Position numbers and translations under genes: made by a program | Shown: piece by piece, positions 24,204 through 32,000 of the stretch | Position numbering within the stretch: position 1 is the first letter of the stretch | How the letters are laid out: each line of letters begins with the position of its first letter | Notes under the pieces: model-generated | Told to the model about the DNA's origin: nothing | Seen by the model: the letters and a program-made list of their open reading frames with translations, nothing else | Databases searched by the model: none | NCBI RefSeq assembly: GCF_000020225.1 | Contig: NC_010655.1 | Coordinates: forward strand, 810,001 to 842,000 | Origin: Akkermansia muciniphila ATCC BAA-835 | Lineage (GTDB): Bacteria > Verrucomicrobiota > Verrucomicrobiia > Verrucomicrobiales > Akkermansiaceae | Reading direction: 5' to 3' | DNA: 32,000 nt

Positions 24204-26183
24204 CTACGCTTTCTGTTTCAAATCCAGCAGCATCTGGGTATTGCTGGGGTATTTGTTCAGGAAAAACAGGAACCGTTCCATGGCTTCTACGGGTTTATGC
24301 CCGGCTAAAGCGCGGCGGATCAGATTCATCTTGTACAGCCATGCTTCCGGCATAATGAGCTCTTCCCTCCGCGTCCCCGATTTCAGAATGTCCACGGCCG
24401 GGAAGATATATTGCTCCGCAATGCGGCGGTTCAGCACAAGTTCCATATTGCCCGTCCCCTTGAATTCCTGGAAAATCAGGTCATCCATGCGGCTGTTGGT
24501 TTCCACCAGGGCGGTGGCAATGATAGTCAGGGAACCGGCCTGGCGCGTATTGCGGGCGGCGGCAAAAAGGCGCCGGGGCATTTCCAGAGCGCGGGCATCA
24601 ATGCCGCCGGACATCGTGCGGCCGCTTCCCTTGTCAGCGTTATTGTAGGCGCGGGCCAGGCGAGTAATGGAATCCATCAGCAGGAAAACATGCTGCCCCG
24701 CCTCTACAAGCCGTTTGGCGCGTTCAATGCAAAGTTCCGCCATGCGGCAGTGATCGCGCACCCTTCCATCATTGGAAGAAGCGTATACTTCAGCTCCGGG
24801 GAGGGAACGTTTAAACTCCGTCACTTCTTCCGGACGCTCGTCTACCAGAAGCACCATCAGGTGAATGGAATCCCTGTAATTCTCCAGAATGGCTTCCGCC
24901 ATGTGCTGAAGCAGCGTCGTCTTCCCTGCGCGGGGCGGAGAGACAATCAGGCCGCGCTGGCCGCGCCCGATTGGAGCAATCAGATCCAATGTGCGGGTGG
25001 TGTAACGCTCCGGCCGGGTTTCAAAAGAAATGCGCTTATTAGGATTGACCGCCTTGAGCTCTTCAAAGTGCGGGTTCTTGCGCGCTCTCTCCGGAGCAAC
25101 CCCGTTAACGGAGGCAATTTCCGTCAGAAGAATGCCGCGGTCATGACGGCAGGCCTGCCCATGCACCCACACGGCAGGACGCAGACCGAACCTGCGGATC
25201 ATATCCTGCGGCACATAAACGGCTTCCGCAAAAGCGTCAAAATCATTATCCGGCTTCCTTAAAAAGCCGAACCCCTTATTCGTAATTTCCAGCAACCCGT
25301 CCACCGGTTCCGGCGGCGCCAGTTCACGGGGGGCGCTGTTCTGTGGGGTTCCGCCCTCCTGATTATTATTCCAGCGGTTTTTAACCCGGTCATTGCCGTT
25401 TCTGCCATTGCGGCCATCCTGGCGGTTATTCCGGTTTTTGTTGAAACGGTCGTTGTTATTCCGGCGGTTCTGCCTGTCAAAACGCTGCCTTTGCGACTCA
25501 TTTGTCCGACGCGGCTCCCGGGCGGCATCTTCGGAAAAATCCGCCGCACCTTCCTGCACCACCTTGATGGACGGAACGGAAGCATCCGCCTCCGGCTCCT
25601 GTTCCCTCGGTTTCCTCACAAATCTCTGGCGAATAACCTTCGGCCTGCCTTCTGCGGGCTGCTCCGGAACAGAATCGGAAGAATCGGAAGCCGGCTCGGC
25701 AGGCGCCGCATGAACGGCAATTTCCGCCTCAGGGCCGGCTGAATCACCGTTCTCCGGAGCAACAGCCTTGGCAGCACGCCTGCGCACCGGCTTGACGGCG
25801 GCTTCCGTTCCGGAGACAATCGCAGAGCCGTCAGTTTCCGGAACCTCCTCCACAGGCTTCTTGCGCGGGCGTCCGCGCCGGGGCCTGGCAGGAACATCCT
25901 GCGCTTCTTCCACCGGGATTTCAGCACTGCTCTTACGGGAAGTCTTCTTCCCCGGCACATCGACACTTTCCATCCCATCATCCGCCAATTCAGCAACCTT
26001 CTTCCTTATCGTCCGCTTGCGGGGCGCCGGGGAAGAATCCTGTTCCGTCCCGGGCACTTCCGCAGCAGTCTGGGGCTTTACCGGAGCTTCCGCCGCAGAC
26101 TTGGTTTTGCGGATAATACGTTTTTTGGGCGCCGGCTCCGGAGAAACCTGTTCCGGAGTCAAATCTGGGGGGGTATCAGACAT
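24204..26183 (-). CDS. rho: Transcription termination factor Rho with a ~295-aa low-complexity N-terminal region
   Basis: The C-terminal ~365 aa are canonical Rho: OB/CSD-like GLLEITNKGFGFLRKP...IRRFGLR, Walker A GQRGLIVSPPRAGKTTLLQ, VLLVDERPEEV and the Q/R-loop region GGIDARALE. The N-terminus is a disordered basic/acidic and N/R-rich sequence. Confidence 0.93.
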   Translation of the reverse strand: MSDTPPDLTPEQVSPEPAPKKRIIRKTKSAAEAPVKPQTAAEVPGTEQDSSPAPRKRTIRKKVAELADDGMESVDVPGKKTSRKSSAEIPVEEAQDVPARPRRGRPRKKPVEEVPETDGSAIVSGTEAAVKPVRRRAAKAVAPENGDSAGPEAEIAVHAAPAEPASDSSDSVPEQPAEGRPKVIRQRFVRKPREQEPEADASVPSIKVVQEGAADFSEDAAREPRRTNESQRQRFDRQNRRNNNDRFNKNRNNRQDGRNGRNGNDRVKNRWNNNQEGGTPQNSAPRELAPPEPVDGLLEITNKGFGFLRKPDNDFDAFAEAVYVPQDMIRRFGLRPAVWVHGQACRHDRGILLTEIASVNGVAPERARKNPHFEELKAVNPNKRISFETRPERYTTRTLDLIAPIGRGQRGLIVSPPRAGKTTLLQHMAEAILENYRDSIHLMVLLVDERPEEVTEFKRSLPGAEVYASSNDGRVRDHCRMAELCIERAKRLVEAGQHVFLLMDSITRLARAYNNADKGSGRTMSGGIDARALEMPRRLFAAARNTRQAGSLTIIATALVETNSRMDDLIFQEFKGTGNMELVLNRRIAEQYIFPAVDILKSGTRREELIMPEAWLYKMNLIRRALAGHKPVEAMERFLFFLNKYPSNTQMLLDLKQKA

Positions 26184-26234
26184 GGAAAAGAAAATTGAAC
26201 TGCAACAACAGGCGTCTCCTGAAGGACAACAGCG

Positions 26235-26990
26235 TTAACCAAGCTGCTCAAGGATTTCTTCCGCCACATCGAAATTGGAGAAGACGTTCAGCGCGTCATC
26301 ATAGTCGTCCAGCGCTTCATACAGGCGCAGGGCGGCCTTTGCCGTTTCCAGATCATTAATCACGGAAGCATTCTGCGCCACGGAAATCAGCTTCATGGAA
26401 ATTACCGTATGTCCGGCTTCACGCAGGGCGGCGCACACGTTGTTCAACTCCGTTGGGCTCGTAACAAACACCCATTCATTGTCGGAATCCCCCTGTTCCA
26501 CATCATCCGCGCCGCATTCCAGCGCCAGATCCATGGCGGAATCCTCCGTAAGACCTTCCGCCATGATGCGGGCCTCTCCCTTGCGTTCAAACTGGTAAGC
26601 CACGGAACCGGGCGTACCGATGCTGCCTCCGTTTTTGGTGAACAGGGTACGCAGCTCGGAAGCGGAACGGTTTGTGTTGTCCGTCGCCACTTCAATCAGG
26701 AAAGCCGTGCCTGAGGGGCCGTAGCCTTCATAGGTAATCTCCTGGATGGTAGCTCCTCCCAGTTCCCCGGTGCCTTTTTTGATGGCGCGTTCAATATTTT
26801 CCTTGGGGGTGGACACGGCCTTGGCTCCGTCAATGGCGGCGCGCAGGCGCGGATTCAGATCAGGATCTCCGCCGCCGCTTTTGGCGGCCAGCATGATTTC
26901 ATGGGCAAAGCGGGCAAAAACCTTGCCCTTCTTGGCGTCTTCCTTAGCCTTAACGTACTTGATCTTAGACCATTTATTATGTCCTGACAT
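26235..26990 (-). CDS. yebC: YebC/PmpR-family DNA-binding transcriptional regulator
   Basis: MSGHNKWSKIKYVKAKEDAKKGKVFARFAHEI...GGGDPDLNPRLRAAI is the hallmark N-terminus. The ATG at 26990 is preferred over the track start at 27038. It ends 51 nt upstream of the rho start on the same strand. Confidence 0.9.
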   Translation of the reverse strand: MSGHNKWSKIKYVKAKEDAKKGKVFARFAHEIMLAAKSGGGDPDLNPRLRAAIDGAKAVSTPKENIERAIKKGTGELGGATIQEITYEGYGPSGTAFLIEVATDNTNRSASELRTLFTKNGGSIGTPGSVAYQFERKGEARIMAEGLTEDSAMDLALECGADDVEQGDSDNEWVFVTSPTELNNVCAALREAGHTVISMKLISVAQNASVINDLETAKAALRLYEALDDYDDALNVFSNFDVAEEILEQLG

Positions 26991-27296
26991 AGAATTGGGA
27001 ATAATAGTAAGTGTAGGTGAAAAGAGACAAACTAACAAGTGGAACTGTTCTGCAACCCGGGGAACACATTGTCATTTGCAAATACCACGCAGGAAGGGAA
27101 TCAGGGTGCGGCCATCCGTAAATATATTACAGGTACCGGATACTCTGCCGGGGAACACGCCGCGCACCTTCAGGAGCTCCGGCTACCTCTTGGCAGTCAC
27201 TCTCAACACACGCAAAATAACGTATTCCCCAGCATTGGCAATACTTTTTTAGGTCACGGCAACCGGCTGCTTTCAGAGTTATCTTCTACCGCCTTC

Positions 27297-27372
27297 AATT
27301 AATTTTTAATATATTTTGATTATTTAAAATAATAAATACTGTTTCTTTAATAGTGAAAATAAAAAAATATAT
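27297..27372. promoter_or_regulatory. About 75-bp extremely AT-rich tract in the divergent yebC-rho / CDF intergenic region
   Basis: aattaatttttaatatattttgattatttaaaataataaatactgtttctttaatagtgaaaataaaaaaatatat contains only a few G/C, in a window that is otherwise GC-rich. It sits ~130 nt upstream of the CDF start. Promoter/UP-element or nucleoid-protein site is inferred. Confidence 0.4.
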
Positions 27373-27499
27373 CCGCACAGCAGGCTCCTGTTACGCATCC
27401 AGCCCTGATGGTGCAGGGGGTGATTCCGTCATGGGCCAAAGCCTGAGTTCTAACGCCGCCTCTGTTATCATTGACTAAGAAAGGGAGGCGGGCTTAGAT

Positions 27500-28957
27500 A
27501 TGCCCTTCTTTCTTTTTCCCTGTCTTATGGAACAAGCAGCGCACCAGGAAAAATCACATGCGGCCCTTTCCTCCGTCCTGTGGTCCGCCTTTTTAACGGT
27601 CATCAAGCTCTGGGCCGGCATTGTAACCGGCAGCCTCGGCATCATTTCCGAAGCCCTGCACAGCGGGCTGGACCTGATGGCTGCGGCCATGACTTTTTAC
27701 GCCGTAAAAGTGGCGTCCCGCCCTGCGGACGAAAGCCACCCCTACGGGCACGAAAAGGTGGAGAATCTTTCCGCCCTGGCGGAAACAGCCCTCCTTTTAG
27801 TTACCTGCGCCTGGATTGTCTGGGAGGCTGTGGACCGTCTGTTCTACAATGAGGCGGAGATTACCCTCACCTGGTGGGCTTTTGCCGTAGTGGCCGTCTC
27901 CCTGCTGGTAGATGTGAACCGTTCCGCCATGCTCCGCCGGATAGCCAAAAAGCACAAAAGCCAGGCCCTGGAAGCGGATGCACTTCACTTTACCACGGAT
28001 ATCTGGTCTTCCGCAGTCGTGCTCCTGGGTCTTTTCTGCATCTGGCTGGCCCATCTGGTCCCTGCGGAATCAGCCTGGCACGGCCTCCTGGAGAGGGCGG
28101 ATGCCATTGCGGCCCTGTTTGTGGCGGCTCTGGTTTGTTCCGTGGCTTTCGGCCTTGCCAAACGTTCCATCCACGCCCTGATGGACGGCGGTTCTTCCTC
28201 CCTGACGCGGCAGGTGCTGGACGCCATGAAAAAGAATGCCCCGGATTATCCGGTCAAACGCATCCGCCTGCGTGACGGAGGCTCGCGCATCTTTGTAGAG
28301 CTGGATGTGGAAGCGCCTGCGGAACTGCACGTGGATGACGCCCATGATGTGGCGGAATCCATTGAAGGCATTGTAAAGCATGAATTGCCGGAAGCGGACG
28401 TCATCGTCCATATCGAACCGGCGCGGGAGAATCTTTCCAATATGGAGCCGGACATGATTATCCACCGGCTGGCCTTGCGCCACCATGTCCGCATTCACGG
28501 TTTTTATGCAGGCCACGGCAAACAGGCCCCCTGTTATTTCATGGATGTGGAAATTCCGGCGGATTGGCCCCTGGAACGCGGCTACCATGTGGTGGAGGCT
28601 TTCAGGGATTCCATTCTGCATGAACTCAAGCCGGAAAAGGTAATTTGCCGCATTGAACCGGATTGCCGCGACATGGAAACAGGCGCCATTGCGGAACAGG
28701 TTTCTCCGGAAGAAGTGCGCCTGAAGGTAAATCTCATTCTCCAGCAGCACAGAAACATCCGCAAGATCCTCAAGCTGGACCTGACCAGGGAGGCCAATTT
28801 CCCAACCTTGACCTGCGTGTGTTCCGTGGACGCCTCCCTGACTATCCGGGAATGCCACCAGATCGCCTCGCAGCTGGAAAACCAGATAGAAAACGCACTA
28901 CACCACCTAGGGCGCGTTACCGTCATTCTTAAACCGTCCAAGCAGAACAGAAATTGA
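27500..28957 (+). CDS. Cation diffusion facilitator (CDF) transporter with an extended C-terminus containing three tandem CTD-like repeats
   Basis: CDF TM core with HSGLD in TM2 (27659-27673) and HFTTD in TM5 (27986-28000), plus HPYGHEK. It is followed by three successive alpha-beta-beta-alpha-beta units, ending HIEP, RIEP and ILKP. GGAGG lies 11 nt upstream of the ATG at 27500; the alternative start is 27527. Confidence 0.88.
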   Translation: MPFFLFPCLMEQAAHQEKSHAALSSVLWSAFLTVIKLWAGIVTGSLGIISEALHSGLDLMAAAMTFYAVKVASRPADESHPYGHEKVENLSALAETALLLVTCAWIVWEAVDRLFYNEAEITLTWWAFAVVAVSLLVDVNRSAMLRRIAKKHKSQALEADALHFTTDIWSSAVVLLGLFCIWLAHLVPAESAWHGLLERADAIAALFVAALVCSVAFGLAKRSIHALMDGGSSSLTRQVLDAMKKNAPDYPVKRIRLRDGGSRIFVELDVEAPAELHVDDAHDVAESIEGIVKHELPEADVIVHIEPARENLSNMEPDMIIHRLALRHHVRIHGFYAGHGKQAPCYFMDVEIPADWPLERGYHVVEAFRDSILHELKPEKVICRIEPDCRDMETGAIAEQVSPEEVRLKVNLILQQHRNIRKILKLDLTREANFPTLTCVCSVDASLTIRECHQIASQLENQIENALHHLGRVTVILKPSKQNRN

Positions 28958-28967
28958 ATGACTGTTG

Positions 28968-29000
28968 CCGGATTCCCGTAAAAACATGTTCCGAATCCGG
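28968..29000. other. Weak hairpin between the convergent CDF and CPA2 genes
   Basis: ccggattc (28968-28975) / gaatccgg (28993-29000) with a 17-nt loop and no U-tract on either side. Confidence 0.3.
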
Positions 29001-29063
29001 GAAGGAGAAACGGTTTCCATTCCGGGCATGGGAACCTCCGCCCGGACAAAGCGGAGCCAACGA

Positions 29064-30809
29064 TTATGAATGGCCCGCAACGGAAACTCCGGGCATTTCC
29101 CTGTCCAGCTCCGCGCGAATGCGCTGGCGCTCGGAAACGATCTGTTCGTCGTCCGCACCGCCTTCCCGCAGGAAATATTCCGCCATGGACAGGGCTACTT
29201 CCGATTCCGAGGAAAAAACCTGGGAAGCGCCGGCTTCCTTCAGTATATCCACGTCCCTCATGTACTTGGTGTGAATCATCACGTCAATATGAGGGTTAAG
29301 CTCCAGAGCCACGCCTACTATCTCCTTGGCGTCCGGAATGGAAGCGGAGAGAATCAGGCTTTCCGCATATTCAATGCCCGCATGGCGCAGAATTTCCCGC
29401 TGGCTGGCATCCCCGTAAACAATATCCCCTCCCTGCTCCCGTATAGCGGTAACCGTGTCTATGTTCATTTCCACGATGATGACTTCCACCCCGTTGTCAT
29501 TCAATATCCTCTTAAGAATGCGCCCCGTGGGGCCAAACCCTACCAATACCACGCGCCGCGCATCCGGAGCGGGCAAGGCCATGCTGTTCACGCCCCCCGG
29601 GTCCGCAAGCCCTATGCCGCGTTTTTGCAGCCATTTGACTGCAGGTCCAATCTGCCGATACAGGATGGGATTTAAGGAAATGGAGACGACAGCCGCCAGA
29701 ATGATGGCCTGATTGGCATCCGGAGGCAGGATGTTGTACATGAGACCTATTCCGGCGAGAATGAAAGAAAATTCACCCACTTGAGCCAAGGCCACGGATA
29801 CGCTCAGCGCCAGCGGCACCGGCCGCCTCAGGCAACGAACAACCACATAAGCCGCCAGCGGCTTGCCGATCATCACCACCCCCAGCGTTGCCAGGGCCAG
29901 AGGCCAGCAATCCCCCACGGACATCGGGTCAAACATCATCCCCACGGAAACGAAGAAGAGAACCGCAAAAGCATCCCTCATCAACATGGCTTCCGCCGCC
30001 GCGCGCGCGCAGAAGTCCGACTGGCCTACAACCATCCCCGCCAAAAACGCCCCCAAAACCATGGAAGCGCCAAAGAATTCCGCGGAGCACACCGCCACGC
30101 CCAGCGCAATGACCAGCACAGCCAGCGTAAACAAGTCACGCGCGCCCGTTCGGGCCACGTACCGCAGCACCAGCGGAATGACTTTTTTCCCGGCAAACAG
30201 CGTCAGGGCCACCAGCAGGGCCAGCTTGACGAACATCCAGCCAAGCTCGGAAAGAATGCCGCCCCAGTCTCCGGCGCCGCTCTGGCGCGCTTCCATCACG
30301 GCGGGGATGAGAACCAGCAGCAGAATGGTAAACAGGTCTTCCACTACCAGCCATCCCAGGGCCACATGGCCGCCGGGCGTATGGAGGTTCTGGTTGTCTT
30401 CCAGCACCCGCGTCAGCACTACGGTACTCGCCACGGAAATCGCCATGCCAAAAACCAGTCCAGAAATCGCGGACCATCCGAACATCCACCCGACCAGCAC
30501 CCCCAGCACGGTAGCCACGGATATCTGCACAACGGCTCCCGGCACGGCCACTTTTTGCACGGCAATCAAATCCTTCAAATGGAAATGGAGCCCCACCCCG
30601 AACATCAGCAGGATAACGCCCAGCTCCGCGAATTGTTCCACCGTATGGGAATCCGCAACAAATCCCGGCGAGTACGGCCCTACCGCCACCCCGGCCAGCA
30701 GGTAGCCCACCAGCGGGGATAAATGCAGTTTTCTGGCAATAAGGCCGAAAAGAAGGGCAGCGGCCAATCCGCCGACAAAAGTGAGAATAAGGCTGAAATC
30801 GTGATCCAT
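29064..30809 (-). CDS. CPA2-family monovalent cation:proton antiporter (YbaL/KefB-like) with a C-terminal RCK/TrkA-N domain
   Basis: MDHDFSLILTFVGGLAAALLFGLIARKLHLSPLVGYLLAGVAVGPYSPGFV aligns with the E. coli YbaL N-terminus, so the start is set at 30809 (track start 30848). About 12 TM helices are followed by the Rossmann motif RVVLVGFGPTGRILKRIL..GVEVIIVE. Confidence 0.9.
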   Translation of the reverse strand: MDHDFSLILTFVGGLAAALLFGLIARKLHLSPLVGYLLAGVAVGPYSPGFVADSHTVEQFAELGVILLMFGVGLHFHLKDLIAVQKVAVPGAVVQISVATVLGVLVGWMFGWSAISGLVFGMAISVASTVVLTRVLEDNQNLHTPGGHVALGWLVVEDLFTILLLVLIPAVMEARQSGAGDWGGILSELGWMFVKLALLVALTLFAGKKVIPLVLRYVARTGARDLFTLAVLVIALGVAVCSAEFFGASMVLGAFLAGMVVGQSDFCARAAAEAMLMRDAFAVLFFVSVGMMFDPMSVGDCWPLALATLGVVMIGKPLAAYVVVRCLRRPVPLALSVSVALAQVGEFSFILAGIGLMYNILPPDANQAIILAAVVSISLNPILYRQIGPAVKWLQKRGIGLADPGGVNSMALPAPDARRVVLVGFGPTGRILKRILNDNGVEVIIVEMNIDTVTAIREQGGDIVYGDASQREILRHAGIEYAESLILSASIPDAKEIVGVALELNPHIDVMIHTKYMRDVDILKEAGASQVFSSESEVALSMAEYFLREGGADDEQIVSERQRIRAELDREMPGVSVAGHS

Positions 30810-31035
30810 ACGCGCGTGACAGGGATAAGGGGTATTCTTGACCGCCAAGTCGTTTTTACGCTATCGCGTTTTATTTTCCCTCACAAGAACGCATTGCGCC
30901 GCATGGAAATGCAGTCGCACTTTTTGCATGAAAAATGGCCCCGGCAAATTTTCATCATATCCTATTTGCGACCGCTCCTAATTTAATTTTCCCATACGGG
31001 ATTCCTATCAAACGTGTTAGTAAAATTCGTCCTGT

Positions 31036-31212
31036 TCATTCCCGGGAAGCTGCCGGGTCATTGTCCCGCACTGGCGGTCGGACAAATGCCCATACATCAC
31101 CATCGGCAATTTTTACATCCTGCTGCCGGACAACGGAAATAATCCGCCGGCCCGGAAAATCCAAAGCAGGAACGCCCGCCGGGCAGACACTTTCGTTTTC
31201 AGGCTCTTCCAT
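31036..31212 (-). CDS. Possible small ORF (58 aa), below the track length cutoff
   Basis: My own translation is MEEPENESVCPAGVPALDFPGRRIISVVRQQDVKIADGDVWAFVRPPVRDNDPAASRE. It is not low complexity and is the only non-trivial ORF I found in a 478-bp gap. It has no recognisable SD or family. Confidence 0.25.
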   Translation of the reverse strand: MEEPENESVCPAGVPALDFPGRRIISVVRQQDVKIADGDVWAFVRPPVRDNDPAASRE

Positions 31213-31326
31213 ACTCCATGCCCATACCCCTGAACTTGGAAAAATTGATAAAATACCCCCAATTCCATTTGAATTTCCAGGAAATTAATTTATTTTATAT
31301 TGGAAATAATTGATTTTTTCAAATCT

Positions 31327-32000
31327 ATGACTGAAGATGCCATATTCAAGGAACAGTGGAACCTTCTTAAGAAGGAGATGGCAATGGGAGACGCTCATCT
31401 CCAGCAAAGGCTGGAACAGTTCATTTTCCGGCAATACGGCCGGGCGGTTCTGACGCATTACATTAAAGCCCTTTCCGTCCTGGAGCTCAGCCGCCATTTC
31501 TACCTGCGGTTCCGCAGGAGGAGCCGTGCCGTAACGGAACCCATTCTCTACTGGACCGTGCTTGCGGAAACAACCATCCACATGACGCTGGAGGGAGTAA
31601 AAGACATGCACCCCTTCATCTCCCTGCCGGCACGTGCCGGCGCAACCTTCCAGCTTGACATGTTAAAAGACTGCTACCTTCTTTATTTGAGGGACCGGGG
31701 ATATCCCTGCTGGCCCAGGGCCTCCCGCAGAAGCTGCATCATCCGGAACAAATGGAACGCTCCGGAACTGGAAGCCGCCTATTTCCTCCGGTTGTGCCAG
31801 AACAGCACGGACCGTCATTATGCCAACGTGATGAATATCCTGCTGGAAGAAATACTGCACATGCTGATTACCCTCCGCCAACTCAGGAACCACGGAAAAA
31901 ACCTGCTGGAACTCAGAAGAAGCCGGAACTCCAATTCTTCCCCGGGCGGCGTTCCGCCGCCGTCCCTCCGCCCGCAGCACCCTCCGGAAGACAGTCTTTA
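31327..32000 (+). CDS. Hypothetical protein, 3'-truncated by the window edge (not in the supplied ORF track)
   Basis: Codon-by-codon reading from the ATG at 31327 (MTEDAIFKEQWNLLKKEMAMGDAHLQQRLEQF...) finds no stop through nt 32000 (at least 224 codons). It spans both listed minus-strand ORFs (31285..31611 and 31663..31980) and is preceded by an AT-rich promoter-like tract. No family is recognised. Confidence 0.5.
   Translation, partial: MTEDAIFKEQWNLLKKEMAMGDAHLQQRLEQFIFRQYGRAVLTHYIKALSVLELSRHFYLRFRRRSRAVTEPILYWTVLAETTIHMTLEGVKDMHPFISLPARAGATFQLDMLKDCYLLYLRDRGYPCWPRASRRSCIIRNKWNAPELEAAYFLRLCQNSTDRHYANVMNILLEEILHMLITLRQLRNHGKNLLELRRSRNSNSSPGGVPPPSLRPQHPPEDSL

Noticed and set aside
27373-27499. 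Idea that the CDF leader is a NiCo (czcD) or Mn (yybP-ykoY) riboswitch
   Set aside because: I cannot reproduce the conserved cores of those classes from memory in this sequence. It is reported only as a generic structured leader pending a covariance-model scan.
29781-30722. 313-aa and 280-aa + strand ORFs over the CPA2 antiporter gene
   Set aside because: They are antisense to a gene that aligns with YbaL/KefB from its first residues. Their products are H/Q/R/P-rich low complexity.
31285-31980. Minus-strand ORFs 31285..31611 and 31663..31980
   Set aside because: A single uninterrupted + strand frame from 31327 to the window edge spans both, and it is preceded by a promoter-like AT tract. 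Two unrelated short antisense ORFs are the less parsimonious reading. Confidence in either reading is moderate.
1-32000. Search for tRNA, rRNA, CRISPR arrays, integrases/transposases, phage genes and recognisable defence-system components (nucleases, helicases, reverse transcriptases, STAND/AAA ATPases)
   Set aside because: None were recognised by eye on either strand. The only P-loop protein is Rho. The only substantial repeats are the GH43 tandem duplication, the toroid paralogues and the short repeats listed above.

Overview
High-GC (mid-50s % by eye) bacterial chromosomal segment. Gene content suggests a Verrucomicrobiota, Akkermansia-like organism: PEP-CTERM protein, autotransporter, exported GH43 enzymes and secreted toroid proteins. 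This is recognition from memory and was not searched. I support about 27 protein genes. Housekeeping genes are asnS, trxA, serA, a class V aminotransferase, queE, rho and yebC. Envelope and ion genes are a 5'-truncated autotransporter, a PEP-CTERM protein, a CDF transporter, a YbaL/KefB-like CPA2 antiporter and a LysR plus YeiH pair. I saw no tRNA, rRNA, CRISPR array, transposase or phage genes. The stretch that looks most like an undescribed system is a tightly packed seven-gene + strand cluster (7699-14868). It has a spermidine-synthase-like protein, a HlyD-like adaptor with no pump partner, two secreted alpha/alpha-toroid paralogues, two near-identical tandem GH43 genes with a rewritten central segment, and a Zn-ribbon membrane protein. 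Other points of interest:
- a perfect 17-bp inverted repeat pair bracketing an AT-rich 150-bp segment upstream of the PEP-CTERM gene (candidate inverton or looping operator pair)
- a CDF transporter with three tandem cytoplasmic C-terminal domains
- a Rho factor with a roughly 295-aa disordered N-terminus (AT-hook plus N/R-rich tract)
- a DUF1015 gene wedged between a serC-like gene and serA
- an ORF missing from the supplied track that runs off the 3' edge

All family assignments come from motif recognition by eye. Many long antisense ORFs in the track are rejected as compositional artefacts.
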